A stretch of DNA of 64,000 nt from Actinomycetes bacterium (GCA_025351965.1 JANXUX010000114.1:6380-70379), one strand, 5' to 3'; shown: positions 47,724 to 59,456, counted from the stretch's first letter. Notes: generated from the sequence alone by a model not told the origin. Numbers and translations: made by a program.

Positions 47724-49209
47724 CATTCAGCCACGCCAGCTGACGCCGCGCAACATCGCGATCACCGTCGGTGTGGCCGTGGTGCTGCACCTCCCTGCGC
47801 TGATCCGCAAGGCCGCGCTGAACAGTGACGAGGCCACCATCGCCACCATCGCACGGATGATGCGCCACGGTGCCGAGCTCTACACCGGGGCCGTCGACCG
47901 CAAGCCGCCGGGCGCCTTCACCCTGTACCGCCTGATCGAGCCGCTGTTCGGCGCCTGGAGCCTGACGGCCGGGCGCTGGATCGCGCTCGCGCTCACCATC
48001 GTTGCGATGTGGGTGTTGGGGTTCGAGGCCCGCCGCCGCTGGCCGGGAGTCGCTCCGGTCGCCGTCGCCGTTCTGGGTATCGTCGCCTTCTCGGTGCTGC
48101 CGGCCGAAGACTCTCGAGCGGTCGGCTTCGAACTGCTCGCGACCCTGCCCGCCGTCGGCGCGTTCGTGCTCGGGGCGAGGCGACGGTTCGTGCTGGCCGG
48201 CTTCCTGCTCGGCGTCGCAGCGCTGTTCAAGCAGCCGATGCTGCTCGGTGCGCTGCCGCTCACGGTCCAGTGCCTGACCGGGCCGGCAGGAGCAGCCGCT
48301 GTCGCATGGTCACGCCGGCTCCTGCGCCTTGCATCGGCCGGAGTGGTCACCGCCGCGACCGTCGTGGCCGGGCTCGCCCCGTTCGGTCTCGGCAACGCCC
48401 TGTCCTGGTTCGCCGGCAGCGGGGACAAGTACCTCAGCGGAACGCATCTGACCACCGTGGCGATCATCGCCCTCGAGCAGATCGGCTCCGTCGTCGGGCT
48501 GACGATGGGCTTGCTGATCCTGGCCGTCGTGTTCTGGGGTCGGCGGCGGATCTCGCTCGACCTGGCCGTGTGGATCATCGCCAGCCTCATCGCAACCGCG
48601 ATCGGGCTGCGGTTCATCCTCCACTACTTCAACCAACTGCTGCCGTCCCTCGTCCTGCTCGCCGCTCCCGCACTGACTGCGGCGACGTTCGCTCGCGGCG
48701 CAGCCGTCGTGCCGGCGCGCGCCAAGGTGGCCCGATTCGGGCTGGTCTGGATGGTCGGCGCGGCGGCGTTCAGCATGGCCACCCTGCTGGTGCCGACGGC
48801 GTTCCATGACCTTCCCGACGTCGATGACGTGGTGCGCGCGATCGATGCCCGGACCGAACCCGGTGACACGATCTTCGTGTGGGGCCAGGCGCCGGAGATC
48901 TACTGGGCAAGCGGCCGGGACCCCGCCACCCGCTACCCGCACATCGGCTTCATCACCGGCGTCACCCCGAAGCGACCCGGTGTACCCGCCTACGTTCTCG
49001 CCCAGCCCGGTGCCGCTCAGAAACTGCTCAGCGACCTTGAGAAGAACCGTCCGGCGCTGATCATCGACGCTGCGATTGCGTCGGTGCGCGGCGGCAATCG
49101 CTATCCGCTCGTGACCAGCCCGATCGCGGCCTACGTCGCCGCGAACTACTGCGAGGTCGACATCGTCGACGGTATCCGACTGCTGTCGCCCTGCACGCCG
49201 ACGTCGTAG
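47704..49209 (+). CDS. GT-C fold glycosyltransferase (ArnT/PMT, GT39/83-like)
   Basis: About 12 hydrophobic segments. The first loop carries NSDEAT and DRKPPG motifs typical of polyprenyl-phosphate-sugar-dependent GT-C enzymes. The gene overlaps the upstream PAP2 gene by 20 nt. Confidence 0.7.
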   Translation: MPSSSSDIQPRQLTPRNIAITVGVAVVLHLPALIRKAALNSDEATIATIARMMRHGAELYTGAVDRKPPGAFTLYRLIEPLFGAWSLTAGRWIALALTIVAMWVLGFEARRRWPGVAPVAVAVLGIVAFSVLPAEDSRAVGFELLATLPAVGAFVLGARRRFVLAGFLLGVAALFKQPMLLGALPLTVQCLTGPAGAAAVAWSRRLLRLASAGVVTAATVVAGLAPFGLGNALSWFAGSGDKYLSGTHLTTVAIIALEQIGSVVGLTMGLLILAVVFWGRRRISLDLAVWIIASLIATAIGLRFILHYFNQLLPSLVLLAAPALTAATFARGAAVVPARAKVARFGLVWMVGAAAFSMATLLVPTAFHDLPDVDDVVRAIDARTEPGDTIFVWGQAPEIYWASGRDPATRYPHIGFITGVTPKRPGVPAYVLAQPGAAQKLLSDLEKNRPALIIDAAIASVRGGNRYPLVTSPIAAYVAANYCEVDIVDGIRLLSPCTPTS

Positions 49210-50132
49210 ACATCACCTGACGCAGTGCCGATCTGGGCGCCGGCGAGCGACCGCACCCACCGGCGGATCCCGGCGAAGCGGCCAGTGAGGCCGAGCATGA
49301 ACAACGCGATCGCCCAGCCGACGACGGCGTCGAGCACGTAGTGGTTGCCGGTGACGACGACGCAGAAGAAGATGACGGCGGTGTGCAGCGGCCCCACGAA
49401 TCGCCATGGCTTGCCCTTGGCCCACTGCCACCAGACGACGCCGGCCCACATCGCGAAACCGCAGTGCAGGCTGGGCATCGCTGCAAACTGGTTCGTGAAC
49501 GCGTCCAGTGCGACCGGCTGCGGCGACCAGGGACCGCGCACAGTGACGAGGGTGTCGACGATGCCAGTCGGGCGAAGCTCGCGGTGCATGCTCAGGATCC
49601 GCCCGCCCCACGGTGCGCCGGCGTCGAGCAGGCGGGGCGGCATCAACGGATACAGACGGAATAGCGCCAGCCCGACGGGCAACTGCAGGAGCAGGGCGCC
49701 GACCCACTTGGCGGCCTGCCGCCATGGTGCCTTGAGCAGGATGACGGCGACGAGGCCGAGCGTCATGGCCTGGTGGGCCCACGAGTAGTACGCATTGGCG
49801 AACTGGATGACGGCCGTGTAGCCGATGAACACCTGCTGGAGGCCGCGTTCGAAGTCCAGCGCCAGGGCATGTTCGATGTTCAGGATCGACAGCGCGTGCC
49901 GATACGGCTCGACCGGCAGGCCACGCGAGAACACGTCGCGGCCGGCGCCGACGCGCAGCTGCCGGTAGAAGCTGTAGGTCGCGATCACGGTGACGAGTGC
50001 CACCAGACGCAACACGATCCGACGGCGCGGTCGTGCCACTCGCTCGCCCGAGTCGGGTGAGGAGGTTTCCGGCCCGATCGATTCGGGCAGTCGTTCGGCG
50101 ATGCTGCCGGTGAAAGACGTGGAGATGGTCAT
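49146..50132 (-). CDS. PAP2 superfamily membrane protein, IPC-synthase-like (paralogue)
   Basis: LMPPRL, NQFAAMPSLH and NHYVLDAVVG motifs. The 3-prime end overlaps the GT-C gene by 64 bp. Confidence 0.65.
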   Translation of the reverse strand: MTISTSFTGSIAERLPESIGPETSSPDSGERVARPRRRIVLRLVALVTVIATYSFYRQLRVGAGRDVFSRGLPVEPYRHALSILNIEHALALDFERGLQQVFIGYTAVIQFANAYYSWAHQAMTLGLVAVILLKAPWRQAAKWVGALLLQLPVGLALFRLYPLMPPRLLDAGAPWGGRILSMHRELRPTGIVDTLVTVRGPWSPQPVALDAFTNQFAAMPSLHCGFAMWAGVVWWQWAKGKPWRFVGPLHTAVIFFCVVVTGNHYVLDAVVGWAIALFMLGLTGRFAGIRRWVRSLAGAQIGTASGDVYDVGVQGDSSRIPSTMSTSQ

Positions 50133-50202
50133 CAGGTTAGGAGCAGGTACCCAGACGTGACTACCTCTGAACCCCTGCTGAGGGGGTATCGTCACGAGTG
50201 CT

Positions 50203-52185
50203 ATGACCCTTGAGTCGATCAACCAACCGGCTGATCTCCGCCTCCTCTCCTATCCCGAGCTGGACGACCTCGCCGGCGAGATCCGTGACTTCGTCGTCCG
50301 GGCCGTCGCCGATACCGGAGGTCATTTGGGATCCAACCTCGGTGCAGTCGAGCTCACCCTCGCCCTGCACCGGGTCTTCGAATCGCCCCGTGATGCAATC
50401 CTGTGGGATACGGGTCACCAGGCGTACATCCACAAGATCGTGACCGGACGTCGCAAGCAGTTCGAGCAGCTCCGCCAGGCCAACGGCCTCTCGGGCTACC
50501 CGAGCCGCGAGGAGAGTCCGCACGACTTCGTCGAGAACAGTCACGCCAGCACCATCTTGTCCTACGCCTACGGCCTCGCCGCAGCACGCGACGCCGGCGT
50601 CGACGGCGACCGGCGCCACATCGTCGCTGTCATCGGCGACGGCTCGATGACGGGCGGCATGGCCTACGAGGCGCTCAACAACCTCGGCCACAGCAAGCGG
50701 CGGGTCATCGTCGTGCTCAACGACAACGGCCGCAGCTACGCCCCGACGATCTCGAACCTGACGACCGCGGCCAGTGCGCCCGTACCGATCCCGCAGCCGT
50801 CGTTCGCCGATCCCGCCGATCAAGCCACACTGCCCGGGCGGATCACCGGCAAGCTCAGTCACAGCCTGACCAACATCCGCCTCAACCCGACGTACGTGCG
50901 TCGTCAGCGGCGCATCGAACGCTTCCTGCGCGACCTCCCCGTGGTCGGTCCCCAGGCCGAGCGGGGCATGGAGGCATTCAAGGCCGCCGTCCGCGAGTTC
51001 TTGCAGCCGCCGTCGTTCTTCGAGGCCCTCGGCGTGCGCTACGTCGGGCCGGTCGACGGACACAACATCGAGGAGCTGGAGGTCGCGATGCGCAACGCGA
51101 TCGAGCTCTCCGCCGACGGGCCGATCTGTGTCCACGTGATGACCCAGAAGGGCCGCGGCTACTCGCCGGCCGAGGACGACGACGAGAAGCACCTCCACGA
51201 CACGGTCGTGTTCGATCCGGCTGTCGGGCCGCCGAAGTTCCTGCCGACCGGGTACACCCAGGCGTTCGCCGAGGCCATCATCAAAGAGGCCGAAGCCGAC
51301 CGGCGCATCGTTGCGATCTCCGCAGCCATGCCCGGCCCGACCGGGCTGATCCCGTTCGAGACACGTTTCCCGGGCCGGTTCTTCGATGTCGGCATCGCCG
51401 AGCAGCACGCCGTGACGGGCGCTGCCGGAATGGCGATGGGCGGTCTGCGCCCGGTCGTGGCGCTGTACTCGACGTTCTTGTCACGAGCCTGGGACCAGGT
51501 CGTCTACGACGTCGCGCTGCACCGCCTGCCCGTGATCTTCTGCCTCGACCGGGCCGGCGTCACCGGCGACGACGGACCCAGCCACCACGGTGTCTATGAC
51601 ATGGCGCTGCTGTCCAAGGTCCCCGGGATGCGCGTGCTCGCGCCGTCCAGTGTCCAGGACCTGCAGGTCATGCTCCACGACGCCGTGACCCTCGCCGACG
51701 AGGGTCCGGTGATGATCCGGTACCCGAAGGGAACTGCTCGCCAGGTCGGCGAACACGAAGTCGGCGAAGGTATCCGTGCCCGCTCGATGCGCACCGCCAC
51801 CGAACCGGCGAACTCGGTCTGCATCCTTGCGATCGGCAAGATGGTCAGTGCGGCCGAGAAGGCTGCCGACGCCCTCGCTGCCACTGGCATCGAAGTCGCG
51901 CTCTGGGACGTGCGCTGCTGCGCCCCGCTCGACCCGGTGATGATCTCCGATGCGGCGACGCACTGCGCCGTGCTGACGATCGAGGACGGCGTGCGTGACG
52001 GCGGCATCGGGATGACCATCGCCGACCAGGTCCACGCGATCACTGCCGATGTGCCCGTCGAGGTGCTCGGCATTCCGACCCAGTTCATCCCCCAGGGCAA
52101 GGCCGACCACATCCTCGCCCGGCTCGGTCTCGATGCGGACGGGATCGCCGCCAGCGTGCGATCCTTGGTCCGTGACGGATCCTGA
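50203..52185 (+). CDS. dxs: 1-deoxy-D-xylulose-5-phosphate synthase
   Basis: GGHLGSNLG, WDTGHQAY, the GDGSMTGGMAYEALN TPP motif, and transketolase-like C-terminal domains. Confidence 0.95.
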   Translation: MTLESINQPADLRLLSYPELDDLAGEIRDFVVRAVADTGGHLGSNLGAVELTLALHRVFESPRDAILWDTGHQAYIHKIVTGRRKQFEQLRQANGLSGYPSREESPHDFVENSHASTILSYAYGLAAARDAGVDGDRRHIVAVIGDGSMTGGMAYEALNNLGHSKRRVIVVLNDNGRSYAPTISNLTTAASAPVPIPQPSFADPADQATLPGRITGKLSHSLTNIRLNPTYVRRQRRIERFLRDLPVVGPQAERGMEAFKAAVREFLQPPSFFEALGVRYVGPVDGHNIEELEVAMRNAIELSADGPICVHVMTQKGRGYSPAEDDDEKHLHDTVVFDPAVGPPKFLPTGYTQAFAEAIIKEAEADRRIVAISAAMPGPTGLIPFETRFPGRFFDVGIAEQHAVTGAAGMAMGGLRPVVALYSTFLSRAWDQVVYDVALHRLPVIFCLDRAGVTGDDGPSHHGVYDMALLSKVPGMRVLAPSSVQDLQVMLHDAVTLADEGPVMIRYPKGTARQVGEHEVGEGIRARSMRTATEPANSVCILAIGKMVSAAEKAADALAATGIEVALWDVRCCAPLDPVMISDAATHCAVLTIEDGVRDGGIGMTIADQVHAITADVPVEVLGIPTQFIPQGKADHILARLGLDADGIAASVRSLVRDGS

Positions 52186-52957
52186 CCTCTCCGGCGAACT
52201 GACCTTCGCCCGCGCACTCGCCGACGTCGCGGACGCGATCACGCTGCCGCTCTACGAGCGTCACGACTTCGTCGTCGATCGCAAGCCGGACCGCAGCGAG
52301 GTCACCATCGCCGACCGCAACTGCGAGATCGCGCTGCGCGCACGGGTCGCCGACGAGTATCCCGAGCACGCGTTCTTCGGTGAGGAGGAAGGCGTGTCCG
52401 GCGGCGTGGACTCGCCGTGGCGATGGATCGTCGATCCGATCGACGGCACCACCAACTTCGTGCGCGGCATCCCGGTCTGGGCGACGCTGATCGCACTCGC
52501 CCACCGCGACCTCGGCCCGGTCGTCGGTGTCGTCTCGGCCCCGGCGATGCAGCGGCGCTGGTGGGCCGCTGTGGGCATCGGCGCGTTCGTCAACGGCACG
52601 CCGATCCGGGTCTCGGAGATCGACAGTCTGCACGACGGTCAGGTCTGCATCACCTACAGCCCGGGCTGGGACGTCGTCGGCAAGACCGCACAGCTGGTCG
52701 CGCTGCAGCAGGCCGCCTACCGAACCCGCGGGTTCGGCGACTTCTGGCAGCACATGCTGGTCGCCGAGGGCGCCGTCGAGATCGCCATCGACGCGATCGG
52801 CGTGCAGCCCTACGATCTCGCCGCACCCCAGGTCGTGGTCGAGCAAGCCGGTGGCACGTGGACCGACCGCCTCGGTGAGCGCACGTTCGAGCACGACTCT
52901 GCCATCAGCTCGAACGGACTCCTCCACGCCACCGCGCTGAGCTACCTCAACCACTGA
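52172..52957 (+). CDS. inositol monophosphatase family protein (HisN-type histidinol-phosphatase likely)
   Basis: FGEEEG and WIVDPIDGTTNF motifs. GTG 52172 overlaps the end of dxs. Confidence 0.8.
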   Translation: MTDPDLSGELTFARALADVADAITLPLYERHDFVVDRKPDRSEVTIADRNCEIALRARVADEYPEHAFFGEEEGVSGGVDSPWRWIVDPIDGTTNFVRGIPVWATLIALAHRDLGPVVGVVSAPAMQRRWWAAVGIGAFVNGTPIRVSEIDSLHDGQVCITYSPGWDVVGKTAQLVALQQAAYRTRGFGDFWQHMLVAEGAVEIAIDAIGVQPYDLAAPQVVVEQAGGTWTDRLGERTFEHDSAISSNGLLHATALSYLNH

Positions 52958-53031
52958 CGCTGGCACTCGGATCCGCCGTTCCAGCGCCCACGCACACCAC
53001 CTGAGCCCGCCGTCGAACTCCGGCCTTGTCC

Positions 53032-53076
53032 GTGACACAGACGCTCTGTGTCACGTGCGCTCTGTGTCACGTGCGG
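53032..53076. repeat. 10-bp-stem palindrome (GTGACACAGA-CGC-TCTGTGTCAC) followed by a 16-bp tandem copy
   Basis: Read directly from the sequence, between convergent genes. It could act as a bidirectional terminator. Confidence 0.45.
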
Positions 53077-53091
53077 GCGGGTTCGGCGAAG

Positions 53092-54198
53092 TCAGACACC
53101 GACGGTGGCGAGCAGGTCCTCGAGGCAGGGCACCACGGGATTGTCGAGCCAGACGGTCTGGTCGGCCAGCATGTGGCCGCGGTCGACGAGGCGGTTCATC
53201 ACGCGCACCACGATGGCGGCGTAGCGGGCCGCGGCGAAGACCTCGTACCAAATCATGTCACCGACGGTGAACCCGGTCAGTTGCTCGTAGAGCTCGGTCT
53301 GTTCCGCACGGGTCGGCTCGCCGGGCAGACGCTCGACACCGGAGTTCTCATGGGCCCAGCGGTCGAACATCAGCCACCAGCCGAGGTCCTGCTCGGGCGA
53401 GGAGATCGACGACGCTTCGAAGTCCGTGACGCACGCTGCATGGTCGTCGCGCCAGATGATGTTGCCGACGCGCGAGTCGCCCCAGTTGAGGGTGAGCCGG
53501 CTGGTCTCGGGCATGTTCGACTCGAGCCAGATGAGCGCCCGGGCCAGCGGCGGGTGGACGCGGCCGGCCAGTTCGCGCTCGGCGTACTGCGACCAGAGAT
53601 CGAACTGGCGGCGCAGCGACGGCTGCGATCCCTCGGTCAGCCACTCCAGGCCGGCGGCCTGCCAGTCGATGCCGTGGATGGACGCCATCATCCGCACGCC
53701 CTCGTCGACCATCGTGCGCCGACTCGCCGGGGCGATCTCGGTGAAGAATCCCTCGAGCGTGTACATCGGCGACTCGATCGGCACCACACCCTCGACGAAA
53801 CCCATTACGAAGAACGGCGTGCCGAGCACGGACGAGTCGGGTTCGTACCCGTACAGCCGGGCCAACGGCAGCTCGGACGAGTCCGTGATCGCCTCCATCA
53901 CCCGGTACTGGATCTCGACCTCGATGGTCAGCCCGTCGACCTGGGTCGGGTACACCGGCGGGTCGGGTGTCTCCTTGCGCAGCACGAACCTGTCGTCGTG
54001 GGCCACCCCGTCGACGGTCCAGGACCCGGACAGGATGATCGTCTCGGCGGAGAACCCGCTGCCGGGCTTGCCGTGCTGAACGAGACGCAGGCCGGCGGCA
54101 CCGTCCAGGCGCGGCGCGAGCCAACGCTCCAGCGATACGAGGGTCGGGTCGGGGCCGGCATCGGTGCTGGCGTCGGTGCTGGTGTCGGGGGTCGTCAC
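53092..54198 (-). CDS. APH-type phosphotransferase family protein
   Basis: Kinase-like fold with LNWGDSRVGNIIW (a Brenner-like xGDxxxxN motif with Trp in place of the usual His) and a later TDFE motif. Confidence 0.75.
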   Translation of the reverse strand: MTTPDTSTDASTDAGPDPTLVSLERWLAPRLDGAAGLRLVQHGKPGSGFSAETIILSGSWTVDGVAHDDRFVLRKETPDPPVYPTQVDGLTIEVEIQYRVMEAITDSSELPLARLYGYEPDSSVLGTPFFVMGFVEGVVPIESPMYTLEGFFTEIAPASRRTMVDEGVRMMASIHGIDWQAAGLEWLTEGSQPSLRRQFDLWSQYAERELAGRVHPPLARALIWLESNMPETSRLTLNWGDSRVGNIIWRDDHAACVTDFEASSISSPEQDLGWWLMFDRWAHENSGVERLPGEPTRAEQTELYEQLTGFTVGDMIWYEVFAAARYAAIVVRVMNRLVDRGHMLADQTVWLDNPVVPCLEDLLATVGV

Positions 54199-54207
54199 CC
54201 GACCGTT

Positions 54208-55167
54208 CTAGTGCACCCCGCCGGGCGCCACCGAGGCGGCGTGCAGCGCGTCGATCAGCCGCGCCAGACGCTCGCTCTCGGTGCGGCCGAACACGGCCGT
54301 CGCCTCGCCGCGCACGACGGCAGCGAACTGGTCGACCATCCCGACGAACGCACTCGAACCCTCGACGTCCACCGTCTCGATGCTGTCGTCGCGACGTTGG
54401 ATCAGGATCTGCGACGGTGTCTCCGGTCCCGGAGCGTGCCAGCCGGGGACCGTGATGACACCCTCGGTGCCGGTGATCTCCAGGACCCTGCGGGGTGGCG
54501 CCTGGAAGCTGACGTCGAACGTGGTGCTGATCCCCCGACCCCAGTCGACGAGACCGGTCATCGCGACATCGACTCCGACGTCATTGCGCTGCGCGACTGC
54601 GGCGACCGCGACGTGGTCGCGACCGACCATCAGCATCGGCGGGGCCAGGCAGTAGATGCCCACATCGAACAGGGCACCGGCACCGCGTTCGTCGAAGCGG
54701 TGGTCGGCGGGATCGCCGACGTAGGTGAAGACGCCGCGGACGGTGGTGAGGTCGCCGACCGCTCCGTCGGCGACGAGCTGCAGGATGCGCCGTGCTCGAG
54801 GGTGGTGCGGCCACATGTACGCCTCGATCAGCACTCGGTCGACAGCATCGGCGGCGTCGAACACCTCGAGTGTGTCCGCGGTCGACATCGTCAACGGCTT
54901 CTCGCACAGCACGTGCTTGCCCGCTTCCAGTGAGGCGAGGATCCATCGCTTGTGACCGCTGTTCGGCAGCGGGATGTAGACCGCGTCGACGTCGCGTCGG
55001 GACAGGAGATCCGCATACGGCTGCTCGCTCCCGTCGGCACGGCTCGCCTCGGCGACGATCACGTGCTGCTCGCTCGCGACGAGCGCCGGCTCCAACGCCT
55101 TGCGGTAGATCCGTGAGGTCGCCCCGATCACGCCCCAACGAACCGGTGCCGAGCTGTGGTTGTCCAT
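54208..55167 (-). CDS. Gfo/Idh/MocA family oxidoreductase
   Basis: VRWGVIGATSRI Rossmann start and the GKHVLCEKP motif. Confidence 0.85.
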   Translation of the reverse strand: MDNHSSAPVRWGVIGATSRIYRKALEPALVASEQHVIVAEASRADGSEQPYADLLSRRDVDAVYIPLPNSGHKRWILASLEAGKHVLCEKPLTMSTADTLEVFDAADAVDRVLIEAYMWPHHPRARRILQLVADGAVGDLTTVRGVFTYVGDPADHRFDERGAGALFDVGIYCLAPPMLMVGRDHVAVAAVAQRNDVGVDVAMTGLVDWGRGISTTFDVSFQAPPRRVLEITGTEGVITVPGWHAPGPETPSQILIQRRDDSIETVDVEGSSAFVGMVDQFAAVVRGEATAVFGRTESERLARLIDALHAASVAPGGVH

Positions 55168-55229
55168 GACAACGGTGTAGCACGGCGCCAGCGTGTCCGC
55201 GAAGGGCTCGGATCTGATCAACTGGGCAG

Positions 55230-56966
<1,737 letters not shown>

Positions 56967-57045
56967 GCGAACTCGCCTGCGAACGCGCGTGTGCTCACCC
57001 GAACTCGCCGCACGGCACTCGGGCTGCCGATCTACAGTTCGCCCC

Positions 57046-57810
57046 GTGCTGGATCGTGACGCATATGTGGCCATCATCGAGACCGAGGGACGTCGGCTGG
57101 CGATGGCAGCCTCGATGGCCGGCCCGGGCGCACTCGTGCCGACGTGCCCCGAATGGGTGATGCGCGACCTCGTGCTGCACCAGGGCGAGGTGCATCGCTG
57201 GGCGACCGCTGTGGTTGCGAACGGGATCGCCAAGCCCTCTGCGGTTCCCGCCGATCACGTCGGCCAGCTGCCCGGCGATGATGGTCTCGTCGAGTGGTTC
57301 ACCAACGGGCTCGACGGATTACTGGCAGCGTTCCAGGACGCGCCCGACGATCTCGCCGCGTTCACGTTCCTGGCCGACCCACCCCAGCCGTTGGTGTTCT
57401 GGGCGCGCCGCCAAGCCCACGAGACGGCAATGCACCGCGTCGACGCCGAGGCCGCGTTGCAGGTGCGCACCCCGTTCACTCCCGAAGCTGCTGCGGACGG
57501 CATCGACGAGATGCTCACCGGCTTCGTGCCGCGCAAACACACGCCGCTCCGCGTCGAGGGCGAACGCACGCTCGCAGTACGGCTGGTCGACCACGACATG
57601 ACATGGCGGATGACGATCGGCGAAGGCCCCGCCGTGACCGTGCGGTTCGGCGACGGATCGGCCGTCGAGGCCGACTGCGTCGTCACCGGTGCCGCGTCGG
57701 ACGTCCACCTCGCGCTCTGGAACCGCCAGGGTATCGATCCGCTCACCGTCACGGGAGACGGGTCACTGCTCGACCACTTCCGCACGAGCGTCCGGATCAG
57801 CTGGGCCTGA
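57046..57810 (+). CDS. mycothiol-dependent maleylpyruvate-isomerase-like (DinB/TIGR03083-type) protein
   Basis: CPEWVMRDLVLHQGEVHRWA and RRQAHETAMHRVDAE motifs. GTG start. Confidence 0.7.
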   Translation: MLDRDAYVAIIETEGRRLAMAASMAGPGALVPTCPEWVMRDLVLHQGEVHRWATAVVANGIAKPSAVPADHVGQLPGDDGLVEWFTNGLDGLLAAFQDAPDDLAAFTFLADPPQPLVFWARRQAHETAMHRVDAEAALQVRTPFTPEAAADGIDEMLTGFVPRKHTPLRVEGERTLAVRLVDHDMTWRMTIGEGPAVTVRFGDGSAVEADCVVTGAASDVHLALWNRQGIDPLTVTGDGSLLDHFRTSVRISWA

Positions 57811-57928
57811 CCCGCGCAGACCGCGCCCAACGGCGGCGGTGTCAGCTCACACGGCGGCAAACACCGCCGAACGTGCTGACAGCACCCGCTGCGTGGGGCG
57901 TCCCGACGAGATCCGGACCAGGACGGCC

Positions 57929-58552
57929 TCAGTGGTAGAAGGGTGTGGCACCGGTGGTGTGATCGGTGAGATCACGCACCCGGTCGATGCCGGCGACCTG
58001 CTCGACGAGCATGGTCTGCACACCGTCGAGCATCGTCTGGCGACTCATCGAGCAACCGTGGCAGCCGCCGCCCATTGTCATGTAGGCCGTGCCCTCGGTG
58101 TCGTGGCCGACGAACGTGACGAAGCCACCGTGAGCGGCGAGCGCCGGGTTGACCTCTGAGGCGACGAGCGCCTCGACCTCGGCCGACAGCTCGTCGTCGC
58201 GCACCAGGCCCTCGATCGAGGGGACGAGCGGCTTGTTCGGATTGCGGATGACGAGGCCCTGTGACCCGGTGTAATCCAGCGTCGCCCCGGTCAGCAGGTC
58301 GACGTCCTTGGCCGGGATGATGACCTTGAGCCCGTCATGGGTGCGCACCTCGTCGCTGAACGCAGCCTTCGTCGTGACCTCGAACGAGAGGTCGTAGCGA
58401 AAGTCCTCGCCCGGATCGCTGATGATCTCGAGGCGCAGACCGAGGCGGTCCAACTCGGGCTCTTCATCACGCATGGTGATGATCTGCTCGTGGGCGGCGG
58501 CGGTGATCGAGATGATCACATCGGTCTCGGCTGGCGCGGACAATGGACTCAC
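57929..58552 (-). CDS. NfuA-like Fe-S cluster carrier (degenerate HesB/IscA-like N domain plus Nfu C domain)
   Basis: The C-terminal GGGCHGCSMS CxxC motif lies in a Nfu-type domain. Confidence 0.8.
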   Translation of the reverse strand: MSPLSAPAETDVIISITAAAHEQIITMRDEEPELDRLGLRLEIISDPGEDFRYDLSFEVTTKAAFSDEVRTHDGLKVIIPAKDVDLLTGATLDYTGSQGLVIRNPNKPLVPSIEGLVRDDELSAEVEALVASEVNPALAAHGGFVTFVGHDTEGTAYMTMGGGCHGCSMSRQTMLDGVQTMLVEQVAGIDRVRDLTDHTTGATPFYH

Positions 58553-58579
58553 GGAGAAAACGCTATCGCCGGTTGCGGC

Positions 58580-59380
58580 TCAGCGCGAGCCCCCACCATC
58601 GACCTCGATCCGTTGGCCGGTCACGTACCCGGCGCCGCCACTGCACAGCCAGAGCACGACGTTGGCCACGTCGATCGGCTGGCAGACCCGCCCGAACGGT
58701 GACGCAGCGTCCATCGAGCGAAGGTCCTCGAACTCGCGCTTGCCGGTCAATGCCCGCACCATGCGCACACCCATGTCGGTCTCGACCAGGCCGGGGGCGA
58801 CGACATTGACGCGGACACCGTTGCGCTGCTCCTCTTTGGCAAGGGTCGAGGCGAGAGCTTCCAGCGCAGCCTTGGCCATGTTGTACGGCGCCCCGTTCGC
58901 GGCCATCAGCGACGTCGCGATGGACGAGATCATCACGATGTCGCCCCGCTCGCGCGTGCGCATGGATGGCAGGACCAAGCGCGACAGATGATGGGCGCCG
59001 AAGGCGTGGGTGGCCATCACCCGCTGCATCTCGGCCGGATCGGTGTCGGCGACGGACTGTCCCCGCGAGGCGATGCCGGCGTTGAGGACGAGGATGTCGA
59101 TGTGGCCGAGATCGGCGACGGCGGCCTCGACCATCACCCGGTCCGCCTCGGCGTCGTCGACCGATGCGGCGTACGCGGCGGCTGATCCGCCCGCAGCATG
59201 GATCGCGGCGACGGTCTCCTGTGCGGCGTCGTGGTCGCGGCGGTAGTTCACCGCCACGGTCGCCCCGTTCGCAGCGAGCAGCTCCGAGATCGCCCGCCCG
59301 ATGCCGCGGCCGCCGCCGGTGACGAGTGCGACGCGACCCTCCAGCGGACGTGGCGATTCGACTGCTGACGTGGTGTTCAT
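58580..59380 (-). CDS. SDR family oxidoreductase (FabG-like)
   Basis: VTGGGRGIG, NAG and YNMAK motifs. Confidence 0.85.
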   Translation of the reverse strand: MNTTSAVESPRPLEGRVALVTGGGRGIGRAISELLAANGATVAVNYRRDHDAAQETVAAIHAAGGSAAAYAASVDDAEADRVMVEAAVADLGHIDILVLNAGIASRGQSVADTDPAEMQRVMATHAFGAHHLSRLVLPSMRTRERGDIVMISSIATSLMAANGAPYNMAKAALEALASTLAKEEQRNGVRVNVVAPGLVETDMGVRMVRALTGKREFEDLRSMDAASPFGRVCQPIDVANVVLWLCSGGAGYVTGQRIEVDGGGSR

Positions 59381-59456
59381 CCGGTTCGGCTCCCAGGGCG
59401 GCGTCCGCGGGGCGGGAAGTCCGGCTCGGCGACGCTGTGTATGCCAACCTTGCCAG

